Counted from the stretch's first letter, positions 34,228 to 44,261 are shown. The stretch: DNA of 64,000 nt from an uncultured Chroococcidiopsis sp. (GCA_964248365.1 CAXTYC010000006.1:32001-96000), one strand, 5' to 3'. Translations and numbers: made by a program. Notes: generated by a model from the sequence alone, not told the origin.

Positions 34228-35184
34228 GTGGAGACTTCAAACTTACTACTTAAACTAAGTCGGCGTTTGTTCAGTGACTCATCTGAACAAGAAAGATTTA
34301 TTCAAGCTCTGATTCATCCGAAAATATTTCGACCTTGCATTATTTGGTGTCAAAATAAACCTACAGTTTTACCCTTTAGCGTTGAAACCCCTACTCCTTG
34401 GCAGCCATCTTTTGTAGATTGCTTATCTATAGGCGAAAAACCAGGTCAGTATTCTTTGCATGAAAGCGGTTATTACTACTGCCTAGACTTTTCATCTATA
34501 TTTGCTGCTTCGACACTGTTGACAATAGGAGCACCAGTAAATTCAGTTTTTGATATGTGTGCTGCACCAGGAGGCAAGAGTATTTTTGCTTGGAGAGCAT
34601 TACGACCAGAATTACTGATGTCTAACGAAGTAATAGGCAAACGTACTGGTATGTTAATTTTTAACTTAAAACGTTGCCATATTACACCCTCTATTGTATT
34701 AAGTATTGATTCGCAGATTTTGGCAAAACTAATACCTAGTTCTAGTAACGTGGTAATTGTAGATGCTCCTTGTACTGGTCAATCCTTACTCGCTAAGGGT
34801 GGTAAAGCTCCTGGCTGTTTTCATCCGACTTTAATTAATAAAAGTGCTAATAGACAAAAAAGAATAATAGCTAACTCAGCCCAAATAGTCGCACCAGAAG
34901 GCTATTTAGCTTATATAACTTGTACATATTCATTAGAAGAAAATGAACAAGTGTGTGAATGGTTTTTGGCAAAGTTTCCTCAATTTCAACCCCTAGTAAT
35001 TCCCCATTTGGCTGCCTACCAATCCCATCTGTCTAATATTCCTTGTTACCGAATGTGGCCTCAAGATGCTCTTGGTGCAGGAGCGTTCACAGTACTATTT
35101 AAGAATGGTGCGGATGGAAAAATAAGCCAGCTAGATTTAGATGTTTTAGCTAAACACGGTATAATCAATAGAATTTCTGCCTGA
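34228..35184 (+). CDS. RsmB/RsmF (NOL1/NOP2) family RNA m5C methyltransferase
   Basis: Motifs DMCAAPGGKS, VDAPCTG and TCTYSLEENE. Confidence 0.88.
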   Translation: METSNLLLKLSRRLFSDSSEQERFIQALIHPKIFRPCIIWCQNKPTVLPFSVETPTPWQPSFVDCLSIGEKPGQYSLHESGYYYCLDFSSIFAASTLLTIGAPVNSVFDMCAAPGGKSIFAWRALRPELLMSNEVIGKRTGMLIFNLKRCHITPSIVLSIDSQILAKLIPSSSNVVIVDAPCTGQSLLAKGGKAPGCFHPTLINKSANRQKRIIANSAQIVAPEGYLAYITCTYSLEENEQVCEWFLAKFPQFQPLVIPHLAAYQSHLSNIPCYRMWPQDALGAGAFTVLFKNGADGKISQLDLDVLAKHGIINRISA

Positions 35185-35252
35185 TTAAGGTATAAAGTAA
35201 GGTGGGCAATGCCCACCCTACAATGTTACATTGCGATCGCAATGCAAAAAAA

Positions 35253-36125
35253 TTACAGGTATGGATTATCAAGAACAAACGCCTTTGGTTCAGGCTTACC
35301 TTGTTCAGCACTACGCCAATAATGATCTAGGGTGTGCATAACAAAAATCTGCTCAATCCAGCGTGTTTGCTTAAATATTCTTTGTGACCGTAAGAATGTG
35401 TAAGGATGAATTTTTCTGTGAAGATGTTCTGCATTAAACTCGTTCACAGCTAAAAGTTCTCCTACCCAAGGATTTGCACTGGTAACACCTATGTCGTCAA
35501 GGTAGACTAAGGTCATAGGTAAATATTTTTCTGGCTCACCAAGTAATACAGTTAGACACTCTTTGGCAGACCAGTAATAATCAACATCTACAGATACAAA
35601 GCCTACTGGACTCTTGGAAGAGAGAGTTTTAATAAATTCGGGGGCAGTTTCTGCAATGTTTCCAATAATCAATTGGGCATTATCAGGTAACGCCTGCAAA
35701 AGTTTTGTCCGATTAACCATAGGGAAATGCCCCTCCTTAAATATCTCAGGCTGATCTCGATAATCCCTTGGGGGAGGCATACCTACACCAGTATCAAAGC
35801 CGTAGATTTTGAATTTAACACCTGTTTCTTTCGTTATATTTTTTGCGATTTCACAAATGTTGAGTAAACCTGCACCAGCAGCTACACCAAATTCAATTGC
35901 AGTTATAGATTCAAGTCCCAATTCTTGAGCAAATTCTGCTGCTTTGAGAAGACAAAAAGCATTCTGTTGCCGTATAACTAAGTCAAAATCAATTTTTTGG
36001 CTGTAAGAACCAAATAAAGCAACAAATATTGATAAAATATTTAAATGTATAGGTTCTGTTAGCCTTTCGTAGAAAATTCTGTTGATTTTTTCTTTACGGG
36101 TGAGCTTTTTAAGCAAGTATTTCAT
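35253..36125 (-). CDS. Putative TylF/MycF-like SAM-dependent O-methyltransferase
   Basis: Motifs IEFGVAAG, YGFDTGVGMP, IIGNIAET, FVSVDVDYY.S and VYLDD resemble the TylF motifs EFGV, GFDTF.G, HIDCDLY and DD. Confidence 0.6.
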   Translation of the reverse strand: MKYLLKKLTRKEKINRIFYERLTEPIHLNILSIFVALFGSYSQKIDFDLVIRQQNAFCLLKAAEFAQELGLESITAIEFGVAAGAGLLNICEIAKNITKETGVKFKIYGFDTGVGMPPPRDYRDQPEIFKEGHFPMVNRTKLLQALPDNAQLIIGNIAETAPEFIKTLSSKSPVGFVSVDVDYYWSAKECLTVLLGEPEKYLPMTLVYLDDIGVTSANPWVGELLAVNEFNAEHLHRKIHPYTFLRSQRIFKQTRWIEQIFVMHTLDHYWRSAEQGKPEPKAFVLDNPYL

Positions 36126-36827
36126 TAGTTTTCTACTCCAATTTTGTTAAAAATTTACCAAAGAAGGTATACACCCTATAAGTGTGCAAAAGCGATCAGG
36201 TCTACTTTTGCTATTTACCTTGACTAGGTAAGTAATATATCGTGTTATGCCTAAATGTAAATGAGTTGAACAGATTTGTTATAGAAGTGGCTCAAATATA
36301 TTTATTTTGAATTGGTTATTTGACATCCTCATCGGCGGCTATGACACCATATTCCTATCTAAAGACGCATTTCTTTGAAAGCGGGGCAGCAGTTAGCAGC
36401 AAGCAAAGCAGGTAGATTTTCTTATCACCTCGATCACTCGGCGTAAGTTTGAGGCGAGGCTTTCGCGTTTGCCCTCAGACTGGTGTTATTTTATCTTGTA
36501 GTGGCGAAAAGTAAAGCGGTTATATTCGCCGTTTAGCTGTTTCCAAATGTTGTGAAATCTGTAGACTTTTTTATCGCAGCGACTTTAAGCACAGGCAAAC
36601 TCGATTATTACAAAAGACTAGTCATCGAGTTTACTTTGCTTCTAGTAGCTATTTAATACTATCGGTTACGTAGGCACTATTTATTGATCGTTTTGCACTA
36701 TTTACTTGGTTAAAAGTAGCTAATACTACCTCGTATAAGATACATCGAAGGAGGGACGATATTTCTAGCCTACTATGATTAGCATTCGCATTGTGTTGTT
36801 TTGAAGTAGCTCCTCACCAGGAAAAAT

Positions 36828-36841
36828 GTAAACAAAGTTAC
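36828..36841. promoter_or_regulatory. NtcA-type palindrome (TGTA-N8-TACA)
   Basis: tGTAAACAAAGTTACa; no TAN3T at 22-23 nt spacing was found, so its role is uncertain. Confidence 0.4.
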
Positions 36842-37132
36842 ATAATGAATGTTGGCTAATGATGAATTTTGACATTGTTGAGAATGCCTCTGGGTAGTTA
36901 CACTGAGGATGAGTTGGGCAAGGTAGTCGTTTGCTGTTTGAACTGTAATTCCTGTAAGTGTGTAAATATTGTTGCTAAAAATTAATTATTTTCCTCAGCG
37001 AGAAAGATGGCAAAGCTTTAGTACTGGTGGTAGTTAACATCGGATGGCAGAGCTTAGCCAATTTTTAGTATAATTGTATACCAATAAGTTCAAGCGGCTC
37101 AAACAAGTCAGGGTAATATTCAAGGGTTTATA

Positions 37133-37175
37133 GTATAAATATTTACAAGAGTTCTAAAAAAAAACCTATTAGGTT
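37133..37175 (+). promoter_or_regulatory. Candidate NtcA class II promoter upstream of the WecB/TagA gene
   Basis: GTATAAATATTTAC (37133-37146), 23-nt spacer, TAGGTT (37170-37175). The AT-rich context makes a chance match possible. Confidence 0.4.
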
Positions 37176-37512
37176 AAACCTAGCTAATAATAAAATTGTA
37201 AAATTAGTCTAAGGGTTGACAATCAACTTGTACACCTAATAGTATACTTAGGCATTTACTTGAGGATAACTGTAAGAAAGGAATCAAGGAAAGTGAAAAA
37301 AATGAAATTAGGCTGGCTCCTACAATAAGCAATAAGTTGAAGATAATATTAATCAACCAATCAAAAGGTTCAAAGGTTTGAAGCTAGCGATCGCATATAA
37401 ATAATGCTAGACATTAGACTTCAAATCACTTAGGAGTAACAAAATCAAAATCAGATAAGGTAAATCTAGAACTGGAGCTTAATAGTTGATTTCAGTTAGG
37501 GAGCAGATACAA

Positions 37513-38280
37513 ATGAAGAGAGTCAATCTACTGAACATTGAGTTTGACAACCTTAGTATTAGGCAATTATTAAAAGAACTAAAGTCCGGTGTTGTATTTA
37601 CGCCTAATGTAGATCACCTGATGAAGTTGCAATGCGATCAGGAGTTTTTTAAGGCTTATGAAATTGCCAATTATAAATTATGCGATAGTAAAATATTAAT
37701 TTACGCCTCACACTTTTTAGGTACACCAATCAAGGAAAAAATTTCTGGTTCTGACTTTTTTCCTGCTTTTTACAACTATCACAAAAACAACGAAAAAGTT
37801 AAAATATTTCTACTAGGAGGAACTAAAGGAGTTGCACTTAGAGCGCAAGAAAAAATTAATAGGAAAGTAGGAAGAAATATAGTTGTAGCTGCTCATTCAC
37901 CATCGCTTGGCTTTGAGAATGATGAACGAGAGTGTGCAGAAATAATCGAAATGATCAACTCTTCAGAAGCTACCGTTTTGGCAATTGGAGTAGGAGCGCC
38001 GAAACAGGAAAAGTGGATATATAAGTACAAAAATAAGCTGACGAAGATAAATTTTTTTTTTGCTATAGGTGCAACTATAGATTTTGAAGCAGGCAATGTA
38101 AAAAGAGCGCCCAAATGGATAAGCGAAGTTGGTTTTGAATGGTTATATAGATTATTATCTGAACCACAAAGATTATGGAAGAGATACTTAGTAGAAGATT
38201 TACCTTTTTTCTGGTTGATTTTAAAGCAGAAGCTTAATCTATATACAACACCTAAAAATGACGAACAACTATACGAGTAA
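37513..38280 (+). CDS. WecB/TagA/CpsF family glycosyltransferase (GT26)
   Basis: Motifs TPNVDH, ISGSD, IGVGAPKQEKW, GATIDFEAG, RAPKW and EWLYRL..EPQRLWKRY. Confidence 0.93.
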   Translation: MKRVNLLNIEFDNLSIRQLLKELKSGVVFTPNVDHLMKLQCDQEFFKAYEIANYKLCDSKILIYASHFLGTPIKEKISGSDFFPAFYNYHKNNEKVKIFLLGGTKGVALRAQEKINRKVGRNIVVAAHSPSLGFENDERECAEIIEMINSSEATVLAIGVGAPKQEKWIYKYKNKLTKINFFFAIGATIDFEAGNVKRAPKWISEVGFEWLYRLLSEPQRLWKRYLVEDLPFFWLILKQKLNLYTTPKNDEQLYE

Positions 38281-38504
38281 GATAAGTGGCGCGAGAATGA
38301 AAATAAAAAATAAAGTGTTTCTACCAGATGAATTTAAAAGGTAAAGAACTAACACAATGAAGATTTTTTAAAGATTAATAGATATACACGCTTATTACTA
38401 AAGTAAATAAGCTAGGCACTAAAGTTCCTAGCTTAGTAGTCATTTAATTATTTTAGAAAATTTTGGCGACCCTACCACTTCAGAAGTTAATGAGCCATAG
38501 CATT

Positions 38505-39758
38505 TTATTTAGGCACTAGTTTGATAGAGTCAAAGACAAGCCAGTAGTCTTGACTGCTAGGGTTTTTACCAGTGACGGTAAATTTGAAAGAATAATTACC
38601 AGCAGAGTTGAATTGTATGTTCCCCATATCCAATTCTACATACTCAAATGAGGGAGAATAAAGATCTTGGGGACTACCGTAGTTAACTCCATTCACCGCC
38701 ATCTGGAATTTAGCTCTTGTATTTCCTTTCTTCACTCTAACCTTTACATTGAAGGTTCTAGCTTCAGGTACGTTCACAGTGTATGTGACGAAATCATTTT
38801 GTGCTTTTGCTTTAAGTGCAGTACCCATTCCTTGGCTCAACTTATCATCCGTAAAGGAATAGTGGTAAGCAGACGTAGCTTCAACAGGTAAACCTTCAGT
38901 TTCTGAAATAATTGGCGTTAATGTTTGCGTCGAGGGACTGGAACTGTGTCGCCAAACTTTAATGTAGTCAATGTCAAAGTAATTAGGAAACGGGGTAGTG
39001 GAATCAGGTGGAATGTTTGACCAAGCTTTACCAAGGGCATGAGTAGCCATCAGATACATCGGTTGCGCTGGAATGTTTGCAGTTTGCGTAAAGCGCTTAT
39101 ACTCAACACCATCTATGTACCAGATGATTTTTTGTGGGTCCCATTGAACTGCATATGTATGGTAATCCGCAGAGAAATCAATACCATCCTTCCAGCTAGA
39201 TGAGCTTTTATGTCCACCCTCATCGTAGTGAAAAGTCATATGCATACTCTTGGTGTTGCTACCCAGATATTCTGCAATATCGATTTCTGGGGGCCAGACT
39301 TTCTTTTGTGAGCCTAGCCAAAATGTTGCCCACAGACCATTACCTTTGGGATATTTTGCGCGCATTTCAGCATAGCCGTATTGAAAGGCGAACTTATCAT
39401 GAGAAGCAATCATCCCAGAGGTATATTCATAAACCTTGTTGTTTTCGCCAACCACACTGCGCTTCTGAGCGCGTAAATGTAGAATTCCATTGTCTACAAT
39501 CACGTCATCTGGCTGGAACCATTGCATCTCATTAGCTCCACCGTTACTGCAACCATTTAATTTCCAGTCCTTCCACCAATAGCAAGTACTCCACTTATTC
39601 GTATCAAGAGTTGTGCCATTGAATTCATCGCTGAAGACTTCTACCCAACCATCACCAGTCGGGGCGGCTAGCACAGCTGCTGGGCTGAATAAAACAGCCA
39701 TGACACTAAGAGATTGCATAAATTTACTATATTTACGAAGCAAAAGATTGAATTGCAT
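38505..39758 (-). CDS. Secreted GH16 glycoside hydrolase with C-terminal carbohydrate-binding-module-like domain
   Basis: FSDEFNG, catalytic WPPEIDIAE, S/T/P-rich linker and a beta-sandwich tail (TYTVNVP...FDSIKL). Confidence 0.88.
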   Translation of the reverse strand: MQFNLLLRKYSKFMQSLSVMAVLFSPAAVLAAPTGDGWVEVFSDEFNGTTLDTNKWSTCYWWKDWKLNGCSNGGANEMQWFQPDDVIVDNGILHLRAQKRSVVGENNKVYEYTSGMIASHDKFAFQYGYAEMRAKYPKGNGLWATFWLGSQKKVWPPEIDIAEYLGSNTKSMHMTFHYDEGGHKSSSSWKDGIDFSADYHTYAVQWDPQKIIWYIDGVEYKRFTQTANIPAQPMYLMATHALGKAWSNIPPDSTTPFPNYFDIDYIKVWRHSSSPSTQTLTPIISETEGLPVEATSAYHYSFTDDKLSQGMGTALKAKAQNDFVTYTVNVPEARTFNVKVRVKKGNTRAKFQMAVNGVNYGSPQDLYSPSFEYVELDMGNIQFNSAGNYSFKFTVTGKNPSSQDYWLVFDSIKLVPK

Positions 39759-40688
39759 GATGATTATCCTGTCAATGAAATGGCAAGTTAGGAATCGAAT
39801 TATTGATTGAAATCGGCGATTGAATTGATGTATAATTGCAGCTATAAACTGTTGATTTCTATACAGATATGCAAATATTTCTGACTGAATTCACAGTTTT
39901 ATAGGCTCGTTATATCTATCTATTTAGATGTCTGCGAAACTTAACCCTACAATGGCGAAGCCAAACTTAAATTGCGCTCAAAGCATATAAAGGCAAATAC
40001 TTCAATGCATAAATGAGTTGCTGGCTTATGTATATAAGTCAGTTTGTTTTTCATTAGGTAAACCTAATCTTTTGACTCTTTATTAATTTGGGTTAATCAA
40101 ATCTGTCTATAATCAAATTTAATGTTATTTTAATAATTACCCAAGCGCAATTTTACTGAAATTTATTTACAACTAATTTACGGATTATTTTTATTATGAT
40201 ATTGAAAATTTTAAAAATATATATAGTAATTATACTTAGTTGCAAAACTTAAATTTTCTATTTTGAAAAATAAACTTACTAAATTTGTAAACCAAGAAAT
40301 ATGTTAAGTATAGTTAGGTATTTACTAGTCAGTTAATTAAATCACTAATTATATGTTTAAGGAATGTTACTGAATATATATGTAAATAATCAAACAAGCT
40401 TGTTTTACTCTACCCACCGATTCGCGCCGTGAAGACCAATATAGAGATATAGGGCTGAACAAACCTTAAATTTACTGAAGTTATTATTATGTGATTTATA
40501 CTGAACTTAAACTACAGTAAGTAAAATCGCTCAGCCTCATTTAGTAATACTCTGCGTAAGCAGTGTGAGCCGTACTGGAAGGTATGATTCGAGCAAAAGG
40601 ATTGAAAGTATATAGCTAGATTTGAAAGTGTAAAAATACGTCGGGTGCGAGCTTAAACATTTTTCCCAAAGGCTTTATTATTGCAAGC

Positions 40689-41870
40689 ATGACTACAAGA
40701 AAAAAAGTACAGCTAAAGGCTCTTACGGGCATACGGTTTTTTGCCGCTTTAGGTGTTGTTTTATATCATTATCCAGAGGCGAATTCTTTATCTACCTTAT
40801 CTGAACTACCTGAACATTTTCAGTACCTAGTTCGCTATGGCTATATTGGTGTTAGTATTTTTTTTGTCCTTTCGGGGTTTATTCTTGCGTATAATTATGT
40901 AGACTCAGTTGGAAACAAATACACAGACTATCAACGCTTTTGGATAAACAGGTTTGCCCGTGTTTACCCTCTTTATTTATTTGCACTTCTTTTAAGCGCT
41001 CCATTTTTTATCAATCAAGTATTAAAAAACTTCAATTCCACTAGTTCACTGCTTGAAACTAGTCTGACAGTAACTTCTGTATTAACTTTACTTCAGGCAT
41101 GGACCCCACAGACAGCTTGTAAATGGAACTGCCCTGGATGGTCGCTTTCAGCAGAAGCATTTTTCTACTTTCTCTTTCCCTATCTCGCTATTTATGTGTC
41201 AAAAAGGAGTAGCAGAAAACTTATTTTTCCAATTCTTATCAGTTGGATTATAGGTTTTATAGCACCAAGTATTTATTTGTTAACTCAAGTCAATAAAATC
41301 TACCCTACAGTAAGTAATTCACTGTTAGATTGGCAAGCTTTTATAATGTTTGCGCCAATTTTCCATTTACCTCAGTTTATAATTGGAGTGTTGTCGGGAA
41401 CTCTTTTCACAAGAGCCTTAAGTAACTCATCCAATAATTATCTGAAATTCTCTGGAATATTTTTGCCTGCATGGGTGTGTTTATTTTTTATTTTGATGGT
41501 TCTAAGTTCTTTTGAAATTCCTAATGTTTTGTTGAATAATGGCTTACTGGCTCCTTTATTCGCTTTACTTATATATGCTTTAGGATATCAAAATGAAATT
41601 CTAGCAAAGTTTTTATCTTTCCCAATTTTTCTAGTTCTTGGCAACGCCAGCTATGCTATGTATATTTTGCACATACCAGTACTTTTATGGATGCGCTTTA
41701 TAAGTAAAATATCCAGAATTGGAGACTTTAATTCACTATCTTTTCTCTTATGTTATGTTGCTCTTCTTACTGCTGTATCAATAGGTGCTTTTTATTTTAT
41801 AGAAAAGCCTCTTAGGAAAGTTGTAGTAAATCGCCTAAGCAAGCGTTTACAGCTATTTTCAGTTAAGTAA
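40689..41870 (+). CDS. Acyltransferase family 3 (membrane O-acyltransferase, OafA-like)
   Basis: Motifs LTGIRFFAA..V..YH, VSIFFVLSGF, RFARVYP, WSLSAEAFFY, SYAMYILH and IEKP. Confidence 0.92.
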   Translation: MTTRKKVQLKALTGIRFFAALGVVLYHYPEANSLSTLSELPEHFQYLVRYGYIGVSIFFVLSGFILAYNYVDSVGNKYTDYQRFWINRFARVYPLYLFALLLSAPFFINQVLKNFNSTSSLLETSLTVTSVLTLLQAWTPQTACKWNCPGWSLSAEAFFYFLFPYLAIYVSKRSSRKLIFPILISWIIGFIAPSIYLLTQVNKIYPTVSNSLLDWQAFIMFAPIFHLPQFIIGVLSGTLFTRALSNSSNNYLKFSGIFLPAWVCLFFILMVLSSFEIPNVLLNNGLLAPLFALLIYALGYQNEILAKFLSFPIFLVLGNASYAMYILHIPVLLWMRFISKISRIGDFNSLSFLLCYVALLTAVSIGAFYFIEKPLRKVVVNRLSKRLQLFSVK

Positions 41871-42021
41871 ATTCAAAAGGGGCTTTCCCATATCTTGCCC
41901 TGAGAGAAAATGTGTAGTTTATATATTTAAAAGCGCTCTCTTACGCCATTGTGAGGCAAGGTGGGATGCCTACCTCACAATACAATTTATCTAATGGTTC
42001 TTGCACCTCAAGTTTTATTTA

Positions 42022-42285
42022 TCAGTCTTCTTGCCTTAACTGCCATGCTGCACCAAAAGCTGCTCCTGCTCCTGCAATTAAACCTGTACTCATTCCCTGT
42101 AAAGTTTTAGTGATTGGGTTTTGAGTCAAACACTCGCTGGTAACGTTACTGGCTTGCATACATTGTTTGCTTTCTGCCCAACTAGCAGTACCTCCAAGTA
42201 TGACACCAGCTGCACTACAAGAAACAACTAGAAACAAGAGGCGCTTAGTTTTTATGACCATAGATAGATGCGTAAATTTAACCAA
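42022..42285 (-). CDS. Small hypothetical membrane/secreted protein
   Basis: N-terminal hydrophobic segment, a Cys pair and a C-terminal glycine-rich helix (GLIAGAGAAFGA). Confidence 0.6.
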   Translation of the reverse strand: MVKFTHLSMVIKTKRLLFLVVSCSAAGVILGGTASWAESKQCMQASNVTSECLTQNPITKTLQGMSTGLIAGAGAAFGAAWQLRQED

Positions 42286-42412
42286 TTGTATTCAGTTTTA
42301 ATAATCTTACCTAAATACGACGAAATGCAACAGTATTTGCACGTAAAATTCAACTGCTGTTTTTGAGCTAGAAGTTTACCTGGTGGGGAGCTACGTACTT
42401 TTTACCTAAAAG

Positions 42413-44257
42413 TTACTCAATTTTGAGGTTGAATGGTAAGCGAGCGTAAACGTCTAAAGGATCATTCATTGATTGGAGAATAGCAATCTCATCTTGCAGC
42501 TTGTAAATTTCAGCACTGAGCGGATCAGATGGTGTGAGTTGCTTTTGTTGGATATCTTGGCTGAATATACTTCTGACCTCACCTGATAGCTTTCCTAGCA
42601 GGCGTTCTTCCAAGGTGCGAACTTCAGGATACTCTCGCAATTCCCAATCATTGCCCAGCTTTGCCTGCTTCGCTGCATACTCAATTGCAGTATCAAGACC
42701 GCCAATTTCATCAACTAGACCGATTTGCTTGGCTGCCAAACCAGACCATACTCGACCTTGGGCAATTTGCTCTACGTTTTGCTCAGGTAGCTTTCGCCCT
42801 TGAGCAACTTTACTCAAAAACATATCGTAGATGCGGTTAACAGAGCTTTGGATAATTGCTAATTCTTGGGGAGACTTGGGACGAGACACTGTTTGAGTGT
42901 CGGCGTATTTAGCAGTTTTGACTACATCCCAGGTGATGCCATTGTTATTTGCTAGCTTTTGGAGATTGAGCAGTTGCCCAAATACACCAATAGAACCTGT
43001 GATTGTATTCGGCTCGGCAAAAATTCGCTTAGCATCAGTTACAATCCAGTAGCCACCGGAGGCAGCAACATTACCCATAGAGACTATAACTGGTTTCACC
43101 TGACCAGTAAGTCGCACTTCCCGCTGAATTATTTCGGCGGCTGTGGCACTTCCACCAGGGCTGTTGACACGCAGTACAACCGCCTTAACATCGTCATCTT
43201 GTCTGATTTTACGGAAGATTCTGGCAAAGCGATCGCCCCCCACTTGCCCAACACTACCTGCACCATTAACAATCGTACCCTCAGCATAGACAACAGCTAT
43301 TTTATTTTGCGACTCGCGCTCTACACCAAGAGATTTACCTCGAACTTGAGCGTAACTACTTAAACTAATTTGACGGAAGGTTTTATTATCTTTATCCTCT
43401 CCAGTTAATTGCTTGAGCTGCCCAAGTACCTGATCGAAATAGCCTACTTGATCGACCAAACCTTGTTTTTGGGCTGGATCTGCTTGCAATAAACCTTGAT
43501 TATCTGCGATCACTTGCAACTTATCTGGACTTAATTTTCGGCTATTACCCACACTTGTACGCCACTCTCCCCAAACATCGCTCAACAACTTCTGCGTTTG
43601 TAGGCGATTTTCTGGACTCAGGTTTGTACGTAAAAAAGGTTCAACCGCTCCCTTGAACTTCCCAACCCGAACGACCTGAACACCAACGCCATACTTTTGC
43701 AATGCTCCTGCGAAGAACACAGGCTGGGAGCTTAAACCGTTGATTTCTACAGCTCCGAGCGGGTTGAGAACAATGGTATTTGCCACTGAACTTAGGTAAT
43801 AATCTCGTTCTCCCCATTCTGTACCGTAGGCAACAATGGTTTTACCAGCATCACGGAACCTTTGGAGTGCCTGACGCACTTCTTTGAGCGTGGCGTAGCC
43901 CGTATTGCTAGCTGCTGTACTTTCGCTACCATCAAGGTAAATACCTATAATTCGGGGGTCACGTCTTGCCTTTTCCAAAGTATCAAGAACGGTGTGCAGT
44001 GCGATCGTGTTATTATCCTCTCCTGAGAGAGCTTGCTGAAGTAGGGCGCTCGTACCAGATTTTGATGGCGCATCGGTGATATTCAGGGATAAGTCATAAA
44101 CCAGCACTGACTTTGCCTTGACTTGCGGTTCCGTATCCCTGGACGCTACTAAAATCAGCATCAACACCAGCCCTGTGACTCCAATCCCGAAAAAAATAAA
44201 GAGTCCGAGCAGGCTTCCGACTACGCTAGCAAAGGTTTGTTTGAGAAAGTTACGCAT
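42413..44257 (-). CDS. sppA: Signal peptide peptidase SppA (67K type)
   Basis: Motifs YYLSS, VGKFKGAVEP, RVNSPGGS, AASGGYW, TGSIGV and QGRVWSG. Confidence 0.95.
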   Translation of the reverse strand: MRNFLKQTFASVVGSLLGLFIFFGIGVTGLVLMLILVASRDTEPQVKAKSVLVYDLSLNITDAPSKSGTSALLQQALSGEDNNTIALHTVLDTLEKARRDPRIIGIYLDGSESTAASNTGYATLKEVRQALQRFRDAGKTIVAYGTEWGERDYYLSSVANTIVLNPLGAVEINGLSSQPVFFAGALQKYGVGVQVVRVGKFKGAVEPFLRTNLSPENRLQTQKLLSDVWGEWRTSVGNSRKLSPDKLQVIADNQGLLQADPAQKQGLVDQVGYFDQVLGQLKQLTGEDKDNKTFRQISLSSYAQVRGKSLGVERESQNKIAVVYAEGTIVNGAGSVGQVGGDRFARIFRKIRQDDDVKAVVLRVNSPGGSATAAEIIQREVRLTGQVKPVIVSMGNVAASGGYWIVTDAKRIFAEPNTITGSIGVFGQLLNLQKLANNNGITWDVVKTAKYADTQTVSRPKSPQELAIIQSSVNRIYDMFLSKVAQGRKLPEQNVEQIAQGRVWSGLAAKQIGLVDEIGGLDTAIEYAAKQAKLGNDWELREYPEVRTLEERLLGKLSGEVRSIFSQDIQQKQLTPSDPLSAEIYKLQDEIAILQSMNDPLDVYARLPFNLKIE

Positions 44258-44261
44258 TTAA

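Noticed and set aside
36319..36358. IS200/IS605 left end (TTGACATCCTC...)
   Set aside because: The subterminal hairpin is not intact and no tnpA/tnpB remnant follows.
36588..36645. c-di-GMP-I riboswitch (GCACAGGCAAAC resembles its 5' end)
   Set aside because: No GAAA-capped P2 stem and no downstream GACGCAAAG element; the segment folds as a single long hairpin.
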